Shown piece by piece: positions 12,802 to 24,869 of a stretch of DNA of 64,000 nucleotides. The stretch's first letter is position 1; every line of letters begins with the position of its first letter. A model generated the notes under the pieces. It had not been told where the DNA came from. It worked only from the letters and a program-made list of their open reading frames with translations, and ran no database searches. Position numbers and translations under genes: made by a program. The DNA is from Paraphysomonas bandaiensis (lineage: Eukaryota; Protista; Chrysophyceae): positions 248,001 through 312,000 of the forward strand of contig CBFFRP010000362.1 of assembly GCA_965644295.1 (NCBI GenBank), in the 5' to 3' direction.

Positions 12802-14281
12802 GCGTTGGCTCTTGTGTTCAGTATGTTTGTGCATCAACTCGATGTATCCAGTGCGTTCTGTTATATGCCGATACTGAAGGCGACGTTTACATGAATCCTA
12901 CTCCAGATTTTCTACTTCCACCTGGAAATTGTTTTAAATTGAAGAAATCTCTATATGGGCTCCTAAACCCTAACCCACGATCATGGTGGAAAACCATAAA
13001 CAAGTTCATCAAATCTTTGGGATTTCGACCGTGTGTGTTAGAACCTTGCTTGTATCATGCTGTATATAAAGGTCATAAAGTGTATCTCACCATATATGTG
13101 AATGACATCGTCATCGCATGTGCTGACCTTAATATTATTACAGAAATAAAAGCTAGATTCTGCGAATGATTCGACATGACGGAAATGGGAGCCGTTGAAC
13201 ATTTCCTGAATGTTCGTGTCACGCGAGGACAGGATTTCATTCAGCTGGATCAGCAGACATATGCGGAGAAAATTCATCTCAAATTTGGTGATTTCCTCGG
13301 TCCCTCATCAAAAATTCGAATGTCGCCGCTACCCTTCGATGCAATGGATAGAATTAATCAAGCAGACAGTGATCTCACACCTGAGGAGAAAGAGGGAGTA
13401 GATAATTATCCTTATCACAGCCTACTGGGTGCCATGTTATATCTATCTATGAATACTCGCCCTGATATTGCATATGCAGTTGGTTTGTTATCTAGATATG
13501 CATCTAAGCCTACCCGGGCTACATGTTATTTAATGACGTACCTATTGCAGTACGTTAGGGGTACAGTTCGAAAGGGTATTCGGTTCAGTAGTAAGCACTT
13601 CGACATGCACATCTTCACTGATGCAGACTGGGCTGGCGATGTGGTGTCACGCCGATCTACGACTGGATACATAGTATTTGCCGCCGGTGAACCACTTATC
13701 TGGCAGTCAATTTTACAGGCTACCGTCTCAACGTCATCAATGCAAAGTGAGTATCAGGCTATGTATGCTGGCATGCAAGAACTGGTATGGCTTCGGGGGG
13801 TGAGTGTTGGACGAATTAGGACTTCGTCTACGCGAACCCACACCATTTTTCTTGGATAGCCAGAGTGCTCGTGACTTAGCATTGAATCCGGTGTTCCATA
13901 AGCGTTCGAAACACATCGAGATCAAGTACCATTGGGTTCGGTAACACGTAGATCCAGATGGCCTCTTTAACACTGCCATATTGTACCACGTTGGAACTGA
14001 TGATCAGACAGCAGACATATTCACGAAATCGTTGTGTGGTGTAACATTCGAGAAACACAGGAAGAGATGCCTATAGGAGAGGATCGAAAATCATCAGTTG
14101 AGGTTATTAGAGAAAAGTTGTTCAAACGACGTAAGTGATCAGTTAACTGTGCAGTGAGACTAGCTGAAATGTCGGAGTCATATGTCCATCTGTTTGCCCT
14201 GTTTGGTTTCGGTGGTTGCGTATCCGTCAGTTATGTCTTGTGATGTGAAGAGTCTATCTACAGCTTTGAATTGAGAGGGAG

Positions 14282-14628
14282 TGTTGAGTTCTGCTATATG
14301 AATGAGAGCAATATTGAAATCTGTAGTTATAAGGTATTTAAATTACTGTAGTATACAGTTGTAGTCTTGTTAATCGTATTGTGAGAATGAATGACGATAA
14401 GCATATAGCGGTAAAACGGAATATAGTGACGATGCAAGTTGTAGTGACGATGTAAGATCGTCGTATGAGAAATGAGTGGTAGTGGAGACAACATGATATA
14501 TTGATGAATGATAAGAGATATTGATGAATGATAAGAGATATTGATTATAATTTATAATTCTCAGCATTGAGTATAAGTTACCTTCTGTTGTTAAGTTAAT
14601 ACTTCTCATATTATGTCAAACCTTGATA
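14282..14628 (+). repeat. Copia 3' LTR (about 347 bp)
   Basis: Begins with TGTTG directly after the PPT. Its last ~209 bp match, inverted, 15062-15248, which is followed by a PBS-like TGG and gag. Confidence 0.75.
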
Positions 14629-14726
14629 AGTGCGTGGTACAAAGTTGCTTATTAGTTGACTCACATGTGTTGTGTATACCATATAATATAGCTTGCTATT
14701 ATTATGTATTATGACAGTAATAAGTA

Positions 14727-15248
14727 TGATCCTTAGGTGGAAGCATGTCCTTCTCTCGGAAGTATTGATCAACAATCTCAAGCGCCTCCGCCACTGGTTG
14801 AACAGCTTCGAAGATGAAACTGACGCAGGTTTCTTTCCTCTCCAACCACTTGTCGAGGTCTTCCTTATACTTGTTTTTCACAGCTGTGGACGCATATTGT
14901 CAGCAGGTCGATGCGGTCGCTCTTCCAACCCAAGATGGTTCCGATTCTTTCTCATGAGCCAAACTCTCAATCGCTTCGTCCAGTTCACAACACCGAACTG
15001 ATCGAACTTCGGAAGGTGTTTCCATTCCGAACTACTTGCGGAACTACCATCCGCGACCATATATCAAGGTTTGACATAATATGAGAAGTATTAACTTAAC
15101 AACAGAAGGTAACTTATACTCAATGCTGAGAATTATAAATTATAATCAATATCTCTTATCATTCATCAATATCATGTTGTCTCCACTACCACTCATTTCT
15201 CGTACGACGATCTTACATCGTCACTACAACTTGCATCGTCACTATATT
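14727..15248 (-). mobile_element. Second copia fragment on the minus strand: partial 5' LTR (15248-15062), PBS-like site, gag N-terminus
   Basis: LTR end CCTTGATA is followed by TA and TGGTCGCGGATGG. ORF LPKFDQFGVVNWTKRLRVWL continues, after a 2-bp frameshift, as KYKEDLDKWLERKETCVSFIFEAV, resembling copia gag. Confidence 0.7.
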
Positions 15249-15259
15249 ATGTATGTATA

Positions 15260-15909
15260 CCCGGGCAGGGAAGAGCAGCGTGCGGCGAGGAAGAAGACAA
15301 ATGTTGAAAAGAAGGCAGCACGTGCAAAGAAGGCGAGGCTTGATGCCAGGAGGAGGGAGGAAGGCTGGGATTGTGGTGATATAATCGTCAATGACTCAGA
15401 CAATAGTAATCAATCTGGTATGTTGTGTTGTAGTATATATGTATATTATTATGCCTTGTTTATTTCTATACAATCAGAACAAGAGATGGAGTCATCGTCT
15501 GATGATGATGGTAGCCCCTCTATCACGTATACTCCTGGTGACGAAATTATTACTGTGACTAGGATGCGTGGTATTGTCCATGCTGTCAATGATGATGGTA
15601 CCTAGCATCTTGTTTACAAAAGCAAGAAGAGATGTGGGACCATCAGGGAGGATAAGTCAGTGCGCTCCAAATACTTCTCGCTTGCATCTGGTATACTTTA
15701 TATATATGCTTGTTTGTGTAATGTACCTAATATTGAACGTAGCCCACCAGGATAAGCCTCATAATATCTTCTCCAGTAAAAGAGACAGCATCCCGAGGTG
15801 GAGCTATATTGAGGAACCCACTAAGGAGTGGGTAGACACTGGAGCAGTTGATTCTGCATCTATTATTACTGGTAAACGTGCCAGCAGTTCAGTTGATTAT
15901 CGCTTGTAA
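15260..15909 (+). pseudogene. Degraded gene or TE remnant of unknown type
   Basis: Basic then acidic coding-like stretch (REEQRAARKK..ESSSDDD..) with intron-like AT-rich interruptions and an in-frame stop. It abuts the truncated LTR. Confidence 0.35.
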
Positions 15910-16336
15910 GTATTTTTAATTAGTCAAAAAGAACTTTGCAATATTAGACGTAGCACTACATATGGTAGTATGCATATATATATTATACGTATAATGTAAC
16001 CGTTACATTCTCACGTTTTTCATCTGTAACTAATATAAAATTTATTAAATGTAATTAAAAACATGTTTTCTTTACATCCACTACATTATCTATTGCTAAA
16101 AGCTTCAAAAACTCCACTTAAATCAACTTTTTCAAAATTTCACCAGGTTTTGACCGTTTTACCAGGTTTGTTGATCACATCGACTTAATGTCACTAGCAT
16201 GATAGATATGATATACACATACACAGGTCACTGTGAACCCCTAACCCCTCAGCCACAGGCAGGCAGGTGCACTTGATGTGATGATGATGGCACAAGACTT
16301 GAAGGTCACTGTCACTAATACTGCTATAGTTCCTTT

Positions 16337-17995
16337 TCATGCGAAATAGCTCAAATAATCACTGGGAATATGCCAGACTTCATAACCATTTTCCAGCGCC
16401 GCATTCATTAGGACCTTGTTCTCCTCGGCTACTTCGAATCGTGCGTTTTGTGCCAGCGACGGCAATGGGATGAGAACTATCCTCAGCAGCGATACCTTGT
16501 CGACGGGAAGTTTAATCTTGTCCAATAACGGCTCCAAAGTACTCCCCCTGATAATCTTCTTTGCGGACTTTCTTCTGGTGGCCTGAAACATAACCAATTC
16601 CCCCTGCTCCGTCTTGTACATGTATGGAAAGGTCGGATTCCAAGTCATGTACAGCACCAATGGCCGCATTTCCTCGAACGGAGGAGGGTGCCCCTTAACC
16701 ACTTCATTCAACCCAACGAGAAATTGGACCATTCACTTACTTTCCCCTCTGAGCTGGCGATCACTTCCCGTTTTCTCCATCGCACGCCAGAAGCAGATGT
16801 CAATTGATCCGCAATGACACTTTCATAGATCTTAGCAGATGCATCCGCCATAAATCCTGTCTCGTCATTTCGAATCAGCGCTGATCTCCTGTCGCTCAGA
16901 GAGCCCTTGTTAAGCTTATCTTGAACTTGAGATGCGACGTATTCGTTCACAAAGTTCAAGCGATATCTGCGAAAGGGGAATTCACCATCCCTCTCCACGT
17001 CATATTGCATGATGAAATGACTGACGTCCGCATCCTCAACATTGCCGGAGACCAGGAGTGCATGTGCATTACACTTACTTATTGCCTTGGACTGACCACT
17101 TCGACACATATCAAGGTAAGCGAGAGATACCGGCAGCACATGGCGGAAACTACCCCCAAATTGGTAAAAGCGCTTCGCGATCTGCTCAAAAGAATACTCA
17201 GGCTGCAGCGACACCGGCACATGCTCGTTCTTCAGCAAATACTTCCCAATCGCAAGCAACTCCGGAACAGCGAAAACAGGCATGTAAATTGGCACTCCGC
17301 CGTTCTTGCAGAATTCCTTATATCGGGCACGATTCGGAGATACGGTGGCCAAAGTGGGAATGCGAAGGCTTCCAGAATAAAGTCCCACCACAGATATCTC
17401 AGGTTCCATCAAATATAATGACGTTTCTGGATCAAAACAACGAAGAAGACTTTTTGGGCAACCATCAACTACCTCTGCTTGGCGATTAGCAATGTCGAAT
17501 ATAGTCATGGCAGCAGTGCCCTCCTGGCGGATGACTATCTTCGGCGGGGTGGTGGAGCCGTAGCTGTCAGGAGGAAGGGGCCCAAACAAAGACGGATTCA
17601 GTATTCGAGCCAAGAAATAATACTGGAAAAAGGATTTGCCAATTCCAGGGTTTCCAATGAGAACACTTCTCTTCCTTTCCCTTATTTCTCTCAACAAGTC
17701 AGGATAAAACCTCCTTACAAACAACTTCTGGGGGCCCAAGGCCCAAGCATTCCCATGGCACTCCCAACTTGTTACTAAAACAAATTACATCGATGTTATC
17801 CCCAATGCGCTCAACTCGGCAGTTCGCCAAGCTCTCGAGGAAGCTGGACAGGTTCTTGTTTCGTTTCGGTCTAAAGTCAAAGTACATTTCTTTGTCCACG
17901 ATGAGATTGGTGTCAATGGAAAGCAATCGACAAGTATTATTGCGCCGACAAGCTAATGTCAGCGTACTGCGCGGGGTGGTCATAAGGTTCATCAT
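16337..17995 (-). pseudogene. Crinkler/RHS-type P-loop NTPase + restriction-endonuclease-fold gene, frameshifted
   Basis: KLFVRRFY, VLIGNPGIGKSFFQYY (Walker A), ATVSPN..YKEFCK, YMPVF...EL, RFYQFGG..RHV, NPTFP and LVMFQAT. Split over three frames; the first break is an exact 7-bp duplication at 17734-17747. Confidence 0.8.
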
Positions 17996-18613
17996 TCGAC
18001 CCCCAATGATTTAGTAGATGGATGTTTCTTCTATTTATGAGATCTAGAGACGTTGTTGTATTAGCATCCTTTGTATATTTTTGTTCAAAGATGCCTCCAA
18101 TATTGAGGCAACAATTATCTGTATTCTAGCCGTAGTTGTATCATAGTTTTATATAATAGTTTTGCTTCAATTTATTCCCGAAAAATAAGATGCTGACTGC
18201 CGATACCGTTCTTGATATGTAGAGTGAGACAAAAGACATTTTCTTCAGCAAAATTGTTTTTGTCGGGTGCAAAAATTAGTGGCCTGATGAAAAGGCAAAA
18301 CTGTTCATCATATCGAGAGTTTTCACCGTAAAAAAACACAGTTTTTGTTGGTAAAAATCCTGCTTTTCTTTCTGAAAAATGCTAGTTTTTTTAGTAAATC
18401 CAAGTTTTTGGTGTGGAGTCAGCGAATTACAGGTCATATTAATGTGCTGGTAAGTTCATTATATTCTTCATTCACTCATAGTTTAACATGACATTTCGCG
18501 AGTTAGTGTATCATGGATTGGGAACGACAGACTTCTGCTCTGTCATCTGTGCAATAATATTGCTGCATATGTATGTATGTAGTACTGTATATACGTGACT
18601 TGATGGCCGGAGT

Positions 18614-18621
18614 AAAAAAAA
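18614..18621 (-). terminator. Pol III oligo-T terminator of tRNA-Val
   Basis: T8 run 6 nt downstream of the tRNA on the minus strand. Confidence 0.8.
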
Positions 18622-18627
18622 TAGAGC

Positions 18628-18700
18628 TGATTTCGGCCGGAATCGAACCGGCGACCTTGTCGGTGTGAACGACATGTGATAACCCCTACACCACGAAACC
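18628..18700 (-). tRNA. tRNA-Val(CAC)
   Basis: GGTTTCG/CGAAATC acceptor stem, TGTCG-TTCACAC-CGACA anticodon arm, GGTTCGATTCC T-loop, 73 nt, no encoded CCA. Confidence 0.96.
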
Positions 18701-19835
18701 TCAGCTGCTTTGAGGGCAGAAAATATGAATATATATATGTAACAAATATATATGTCACTGCTGTTCCTCATGCAGTACTTTAATACATCTGGACATAGCC
18801 GAGTGATATATCCATGTGATATCTCATTCTCTGATCTCATATTTCTGGTTACAATCAGTTTAACTTACACTGATTGATGCAATTTACTCGGCACTATATA
18901 ATAAACTACTGCTGTACCACTCACTGTATTATGCCCAACAGCAGTATACACCCAGCACTGCAGAGCACTGCAGAGGTATGGAGTATATTCTACATACAGG
19001 CAGTATAATATGACCTACACCTACGTCCATATCCGAATGTATATCGTGATGAAATGCCGTTCCAACCACAGCATTGAAGCAAAGCACTTCTGATAACCAT
19101 GATACTCTGCACTAAACATAATGCAAGATACTAGATATTAGAGCTACAGACTGCATCCACAACCAAGATGATAAGACAGTGCAACAAGTCATTGATGATG
19201 GATCGTCTGATCATGACGAAAATGAGGAAGACAGCGATGAAGAGTTGGAATACTTAGACTAGTTGCCGCATTGTTATAGGGTTTTCACCATCATGTTGCA
19301 TCTTCTACTAACTACTAACAAGTTACTACCTACTAGTACATCGATTGAGCTAATTTTTCTTCTTAGCGTCAATGAATCATCCGGTAAGCCTTCGATTTTG
19401 CCCAGGATCTTTTATATGCAACCACTTTACGAGCAGAACATGAAAGATAGAGAACCATCGTGTGACATTAATTCTTTCTGGTAGCAGATAGTTTAACGTA
19501 GCAAGGAAGCATTTTTAATCTGCTTTAACTTCCCCATGAGCAGTTATATATATGACAATCAAAATATTTCTTGCAACATATAGTTAGCTACTTTAGCAAA
19601 AACAAAATTGATGGAATCAATATATTTCACCGACCCTAACTGGCAATATTATTAAATATATTGACCACTAAAATTGGATTTCGGCTTGGCAATGCAATTA
19701 CTTATTATTACAACTTCAGGTGCCATGATACACCCAATCGCGAACGTACTGGCGATGCAATTTTATTTAATGCCTGTCTCATAAGTAGATCGCGCAGTAC
19801 TACAAGATTTCAATGAGAAGTGCATTAGCACTCAT

Positions 19836-22800
19836 TTATTTTCGCATTGGAGAAGGCGTCTCCACAGCGGACTCCTGTATACTTGAAGTACCAGATTTCT
19901 TGTAACACAGACAATACACCAACCCAGCTACAACACCGGATAATAGCACGAGGATTGAAATTGCAATGCCAGCAATTGCGCCATCAGAAAGTCCATTGTC
20001 GTCATCATCACTTGATTTATCAGAGTTATAGCTCACAGAAGTACTTTCGCCATTTTCAATCGTTAAGACGACATAATCAGGGGGAGCTAATGCGACATTC
20101 ATCCCATCCGAGTCAGAGAGATAAATTGCGTATTCCTCCACGCCAAAATAGTAGGCTAGAAAATCATCGTCTAAAAACCCTCCATCATCATCTGCAACCT
20201 GGGCGAACTCAATTCTATAAGTGCCGTCCACAAGGCAGTACTTGTGTTCCAATAGCATCCCAGTCGTAAGTGTACCTACACATCAAGATCTTAAGCACGC
20301 TAAAAACAATCTATGTAGCGCACCGGCGTATGATGCAGATCCTCCCTTTGTTTGAGTAATCGTATAATGTGTATTTCCCAGCCAACCATAAGGAACCTGC
20401 ACCAATGCACACATTTTAATAAGAATGTACGAAAAGAGATAATGCAATGTGCAGATAGAAGTGTCACCAATATAACATGAATTTAGGCTACACTTACGCC
20501 ATATATACTGCCTATAAGCAGCATATTCAACTCGTATATCGTGCATGTGTTACAGTCCTCAGCGGATGTGACACTAAACTCTCCACTAGTTTTATATTCA
20601 GACAAGTACAAGCTGCACTGGCCTAATTCAACTGCCATTTCTGTTGCACCACTGGACCCACCGTCGACAAGTTCCACACTATAGTCACCAACAGGAAGGC
20701 AGTAGGAACGAGTTGTATAAAAATCGTTTGGCACAGCACCAGACAAACTGACAGATTCGACGACATATCCTACAATACATCATCACATAGTTTTCATTCT
20801 GTATTGAAAAATTCATACCACTGGAGTTAACAATTTCGTAAGTGTTTGTGCCCCATCCATCTCCAGCACTGTCCATAGCTGTCACAAATACTAACATCTC
20901 ACCGTTGCTGTTGCAGTTCCCCGGATCATATCCACCAGTAGGGGTTGCAATATTATTAGAGACATGAGTTAAGTCTTCGCCGGATACAATTAGTGAAAAA
21001 CATTGCGTCCCATCGCCGGACTCAGGAAACACGTCCCCTGAAACTGTCACAGTCCAGTCGGCATTGGTGATTGTGGGTGTTTGCAGGTAAACTTGCTCGA
21101 CGTTATTGACATCGTCTCCAGCTATCCCATTACCGTAGTACACATTACCGTCCGCATCCTCCACCGTGAGATCTAAGTTATGTAGAAGCTATGGGATGAA
21201 AATATTAGGTCTATTATAAACGCAGCATATCAAACGTTGTAGTGCGCAAGCACTCACCATTTTTGTAGAAATAATTGTGTTCGCGGGATCCATATACACA
21301 AGTGTGGCTTTGAAAGGCCGTGTCGACCCGCCAATCTGCAGAGTGTGGGTATAGGACTGCTCAGCTGACAAACATGCTTCCACAACATATATCTCCATAA
21401 CATCCTCAACTTCAGGGTAAGGAAGAACATTTTGAAGAGACACTCGCCCGAAACCCTGATACATATCTGGTGGCATCCCAAGGTTCGCAGTGGGTTCCTT
21501 CGTGTCATAACCATTGCTCTCATAGCTATCCATAGGACCACCAGAGTGCACCAGCATCGCTTTAATAGTGGCGCCCCGTGGGTTGGGCTGGGCATCACAC
21601 GTGTTCATTTTTAAGTCGTCTGTTCCGTTGAAGTACAGGCAGCTATCCAGCAATGCGGTATTGTTATAATCTGTGAAGTACTGGCGGATTTGAGCGGCCA
21701 TGCCTAACACCATTTCATAACAAATCCCTACGTTACGACATGAGATACAACATTACCTGCAACAGCTGGGGTTGCCATTGACGTTCCTACAGTATCAATT
21801 AGCATTTAATATCAAATACATAAGGTACAACCTGCCATGGAAACGATTTCACAAGTCTCAGTGTCAGAAGTACCAGACGCTTTAGATGAATAAGTAAAAT
21901 AACCCGGGGCAGAAATATCAGGCTGTCGTATGTTAAGGTTATGGCAAACACCACAGCTAATATCAATCACCTTAATACGATTGTCAAATGTGGGGCCAAG
22001 TGAACTAAAGAATGCCATCTTTTCGATATCTGCTGCATCGGAAGACATTGTAGCACCAACGGACACAGCGTTCTTTGATACAGCTGGATTTCCCAAACTG
22101 TAGTAGCCTACATAGTAAATCAGTCACAGCAATAAATAACGCGCTGACAGTGTTTACTGGTAATACAATACATATACTGAAAATTAAGCAGGTAGACCTT
22201 CAGAGCCGTCGTTCCCAGCAGCGAACAAGACAAGAAAGTCTACATAGTTCACGAGGAAGTCGTCAGTATCTGCCGTGTCATCGTCGTACAAGTTGTATGA
22301 CGTGCCCCACGAGTTACTATGTATCCTAGCACCTGCCTCGTAAGCAGGAAGAAAAACATTTTCACCTATTGGGGAAGGGTATCTAATCCCCCTTTCAGGG
22401 TTGGAAGAGAACTCCATATCTAGAGTACAAAATGCTCAGTAAACAATTCTTAACTAGACTGATGTATACCGAAGAACGCAATCTTCGCACCCATTCCATG
22501 ACCACCGTAGTTTTCATACGTAATATCAGAGCCAATCAACTCCCCCGCAACTGTACCACTGACCTATCATGATATTAGATGCACGGTGCGCACATTCTGT
22601 ACTAAATACTCACGTGAGTTCCGTGTCCACCTTCTGTATCTGTGTCGTCACAGTAGTCAATGTACTGTATCACCTTTCTTTTACTCATATTGTACGTAGG
22701 ATTGTCAAAGTCCGACCGGTCAACTTTTGAACCATCTTCATTGCGGAAGAAACAGCTGAGTTCATCCAGACCAGTGTCACCTAATATTGACACTTATTAA

Positions 22801-23897
22801 TATGAGCTATCACAGAACGACTACCTACCAACTCCCACCACTTGGCCTGATCCATCGATTCCAGCATCCTGATAAGGATATGACTGCTGTCTTACATCGG
22901 TCTGAACGATTCCCTTATTATAGTTGTTAAATGCACGTTTTGGGAACCGAAATCGAATGTCTGCGGTTTCTGGTTGGCTAGCGAGCAACGCCAAAAGTGA
23001 TGCATAACATGCATGTGGGAATGAAGTAGTGTCAATCTCGTGAATATTTGAGATAACCAAACTGTGTCCAGTGTGCTCGATGGATAACTTATGAAATGCG
23101 CACGTTTCGTGGGAAAAAGCATCATTGTGGGCTGCATGTAAAGTGACACTAGCTTGTTCCCAGGCACTAGAGGCAGCATTTGCATGATCACGGGTCAGCA
23201 TGTCCACATAATGAGCGGGATGGGAATTGACTAGAAGGTGCGTTACAGCACTGGCATCCTGAAGAGAGCGCCCAGCACTCTTGTGTTTTACTCCCACACC
23301 ACTAGACACGACAATTTGGAGGTTGGATTTATGACTCCGCAGTGGTCTTTCGTATGCAGCAGCGAGCGCGGAGTGAACCTCAGTATCATGCTTCGTTAAT
23401 CCAAGAATGTACATCACAGATTCGTGTATTTTAAGTGAGTTAGGAATTCGCGTGCAAGCACTGTATAATTTGTTAATAATGTTCGTAACACGAAGCAGGT
23501 TTACCTGACGGTCGGCAACTTCTTGATTTTGTGAGCTTCCTCACTGGACGCATAAATCGCAAAGCACACGGCATTCTCAACTTTGTCCGCGAATGCAGTG
23601 TGAATATTCGTTTCCCCAATCATAGCAGTAATAACCTTTCGAGTAGGGATACTAGTGCTGTAGCCCGTACAGGCGATATAGAGGGTCTCAGGTCCGTCTG
23701 TTGGCTCCCACTCTGTAACATGTTCACTGGCCTCAGAGACATGTGTGTTGAGTCGCCCCTTCCCGAGAACAAACTTCAGTGCATCATATTCTGTCATATT
23801 ATATGAGATATATGAGGTATAGTGATGGATACATACCACTAAAGCGATGAGCTGATACAGCAGTGATAAGAGTCACATACAGCAGACTCTGGATCAT
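19836..23897 (-). CDS. Membrane-anchored S8 subtilisin-like serine peptidase (KP-43/TagC-like), multi-exon
   Basis: Signal peptide MIQSLLYVTLITAVSA; catalytic triad VGVG|DTGLD, GHGTHV, MAG|TSMATP; also HSNSWG, FAAGNDG, QGFGRV and NNVEQV; C-terminal TM GAIAGIAISILVLLSGVVAGLV. Confidence 0.9.
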
Positions 23898-24625
23898 GGA
23901 TGCAGTGGGGGGGGGCAGTAGTTGATAGAAAAACAATGGATTACAAGGTTGTTTGTCTCTTGTTACTGTATAGAGAACATGCTAAGACGATAGGAACTGT
24001 TTGGTATGTGTGTATATGTGCCATCACATGATTCTGATGTCATACCTGCAGCCTACAGACCATCTGACGTACATCTGTAGTATATACTGTACTAATGAAT
24101 ATGGATACGCGTAGATGATACGGGGGTGGATGGATCTCTTATCATCATGTACTGCTGTACTCAGCACAGCAGTACCTACATACTCTACATATCCTCAAGT
24201 ACACACATACCCTACTGCTGTACGCACTGCTGCTGTATCTGTCCATATCTTAGAATATGTTGCAGAGTATGTCAGCACCTGCATTTCAGTGGATTCTTTG
24301 CTCATTCCCTCTTATCCCTCCCCCACCACACCGTCCCATATCCAGATAAAGATATCCAACACCCAGATATCCATATCCATATCTGTATTGCTCTAGAGGT
24401 ATTGTACATGTCCACGTATATACAGGTCAGACTACTATCCAAGCTGAATATAACGGAGTCAGTAACTGTTATTGCCTCATGCCGTGAGTGTATTCTACAC
24501 ATATCGTACTAGGATTCAACGATGGCTCTTTGTAGTGTACTGTCCGCCCGTCCCTCCGCCAATGCGGCTCTTCATGTCGGATACGGGTAGCTTATGGTAA
24601 CACAAAGGCTTACCGACCCCCTACA

Positions 24626-24729
24626 GGGAGTACTTGTGAAACATGCACAGACTCTCATAAGCCTGAATAACCCACGAGGGGAGTACTTGTGAAACATGCA
24701 CAGACTCTCATAAGCCTGAATAACCCACG
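24626..24729. repeat. Exact 51-bp direct duplication (period 53)
   Basis: GGGAGTACTTGTGAAACATGCACAGACTCTCATAAGCCTGAATAACCCACG at 24626-24676 and 24679-24729. Confidence 0.9.
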
Positions 24730-24800
24730 TGTGTATTGAGCAGACCTTGTAAATCTAACTTTGCCGTTCCCCTTTCCACCAGAGTATGTATACGTATGAA

Positions 24801-24869
24801 CGTTCCGGCCTCCACCACCAGGGAGGTCTCGCGTTCGAGGGCCCGCGCCACCGCCTCCGCCATTTCCTG
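24801..24869 (-). other. High-GC fragment resembling the 5' part of a bacterial DinG/YoaA helicase gene
   Basis: Translates QEMAEAVARALERETSLVVEAGT (Q-motif to start of Walker A). 50/69 nt are G+C and 20/23 third positions are G/C, within AT-rich flanks. Confidence 0.6.

Larger units (their letters stand above)
11338..14628 (+). mobile_element. Decayed Ty1/copia retrotransposon, 3' half (RT, RNase H, PPT, 3' LTR), interrupted by element B
   Basis: EPESYEE..WKEA, KHKARLVALGYGQ, TFAPVV, HQLDVSSAF, LKKSLYGL, IYVNDI, TRPDIAYAV, DADWAGD, RSKHIEIKYHW, ADIFTK. Contains stops (13167-13169) and frameshifts. Purine tract GAGAGGGAG precedes TGTTG at 14282. Confidence 0.93.

Noticed and set aside
13167-13945. 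In-frame stops in copia pol as readthrough or an alternative genetic code
   Set aside because: They co-occur with frameshifts and a nested insertion, and host genes read normally in the standard code, so this is simple decay.
16921-17778. Plus-strand ORFs of 99-165 aa
   Set aside because: They are antisense to the CRN/RHS-type gene and have no recognisable motifs.
24505-24570. Helitron 3' end (hairpin + CTAG) or structured ncRNA on the minus strand
   Set aside because: The hairpin is only about 4 bp and too far from the CTAG. No SRP, RNase P/MRP or snRNA consensus was recognisable.
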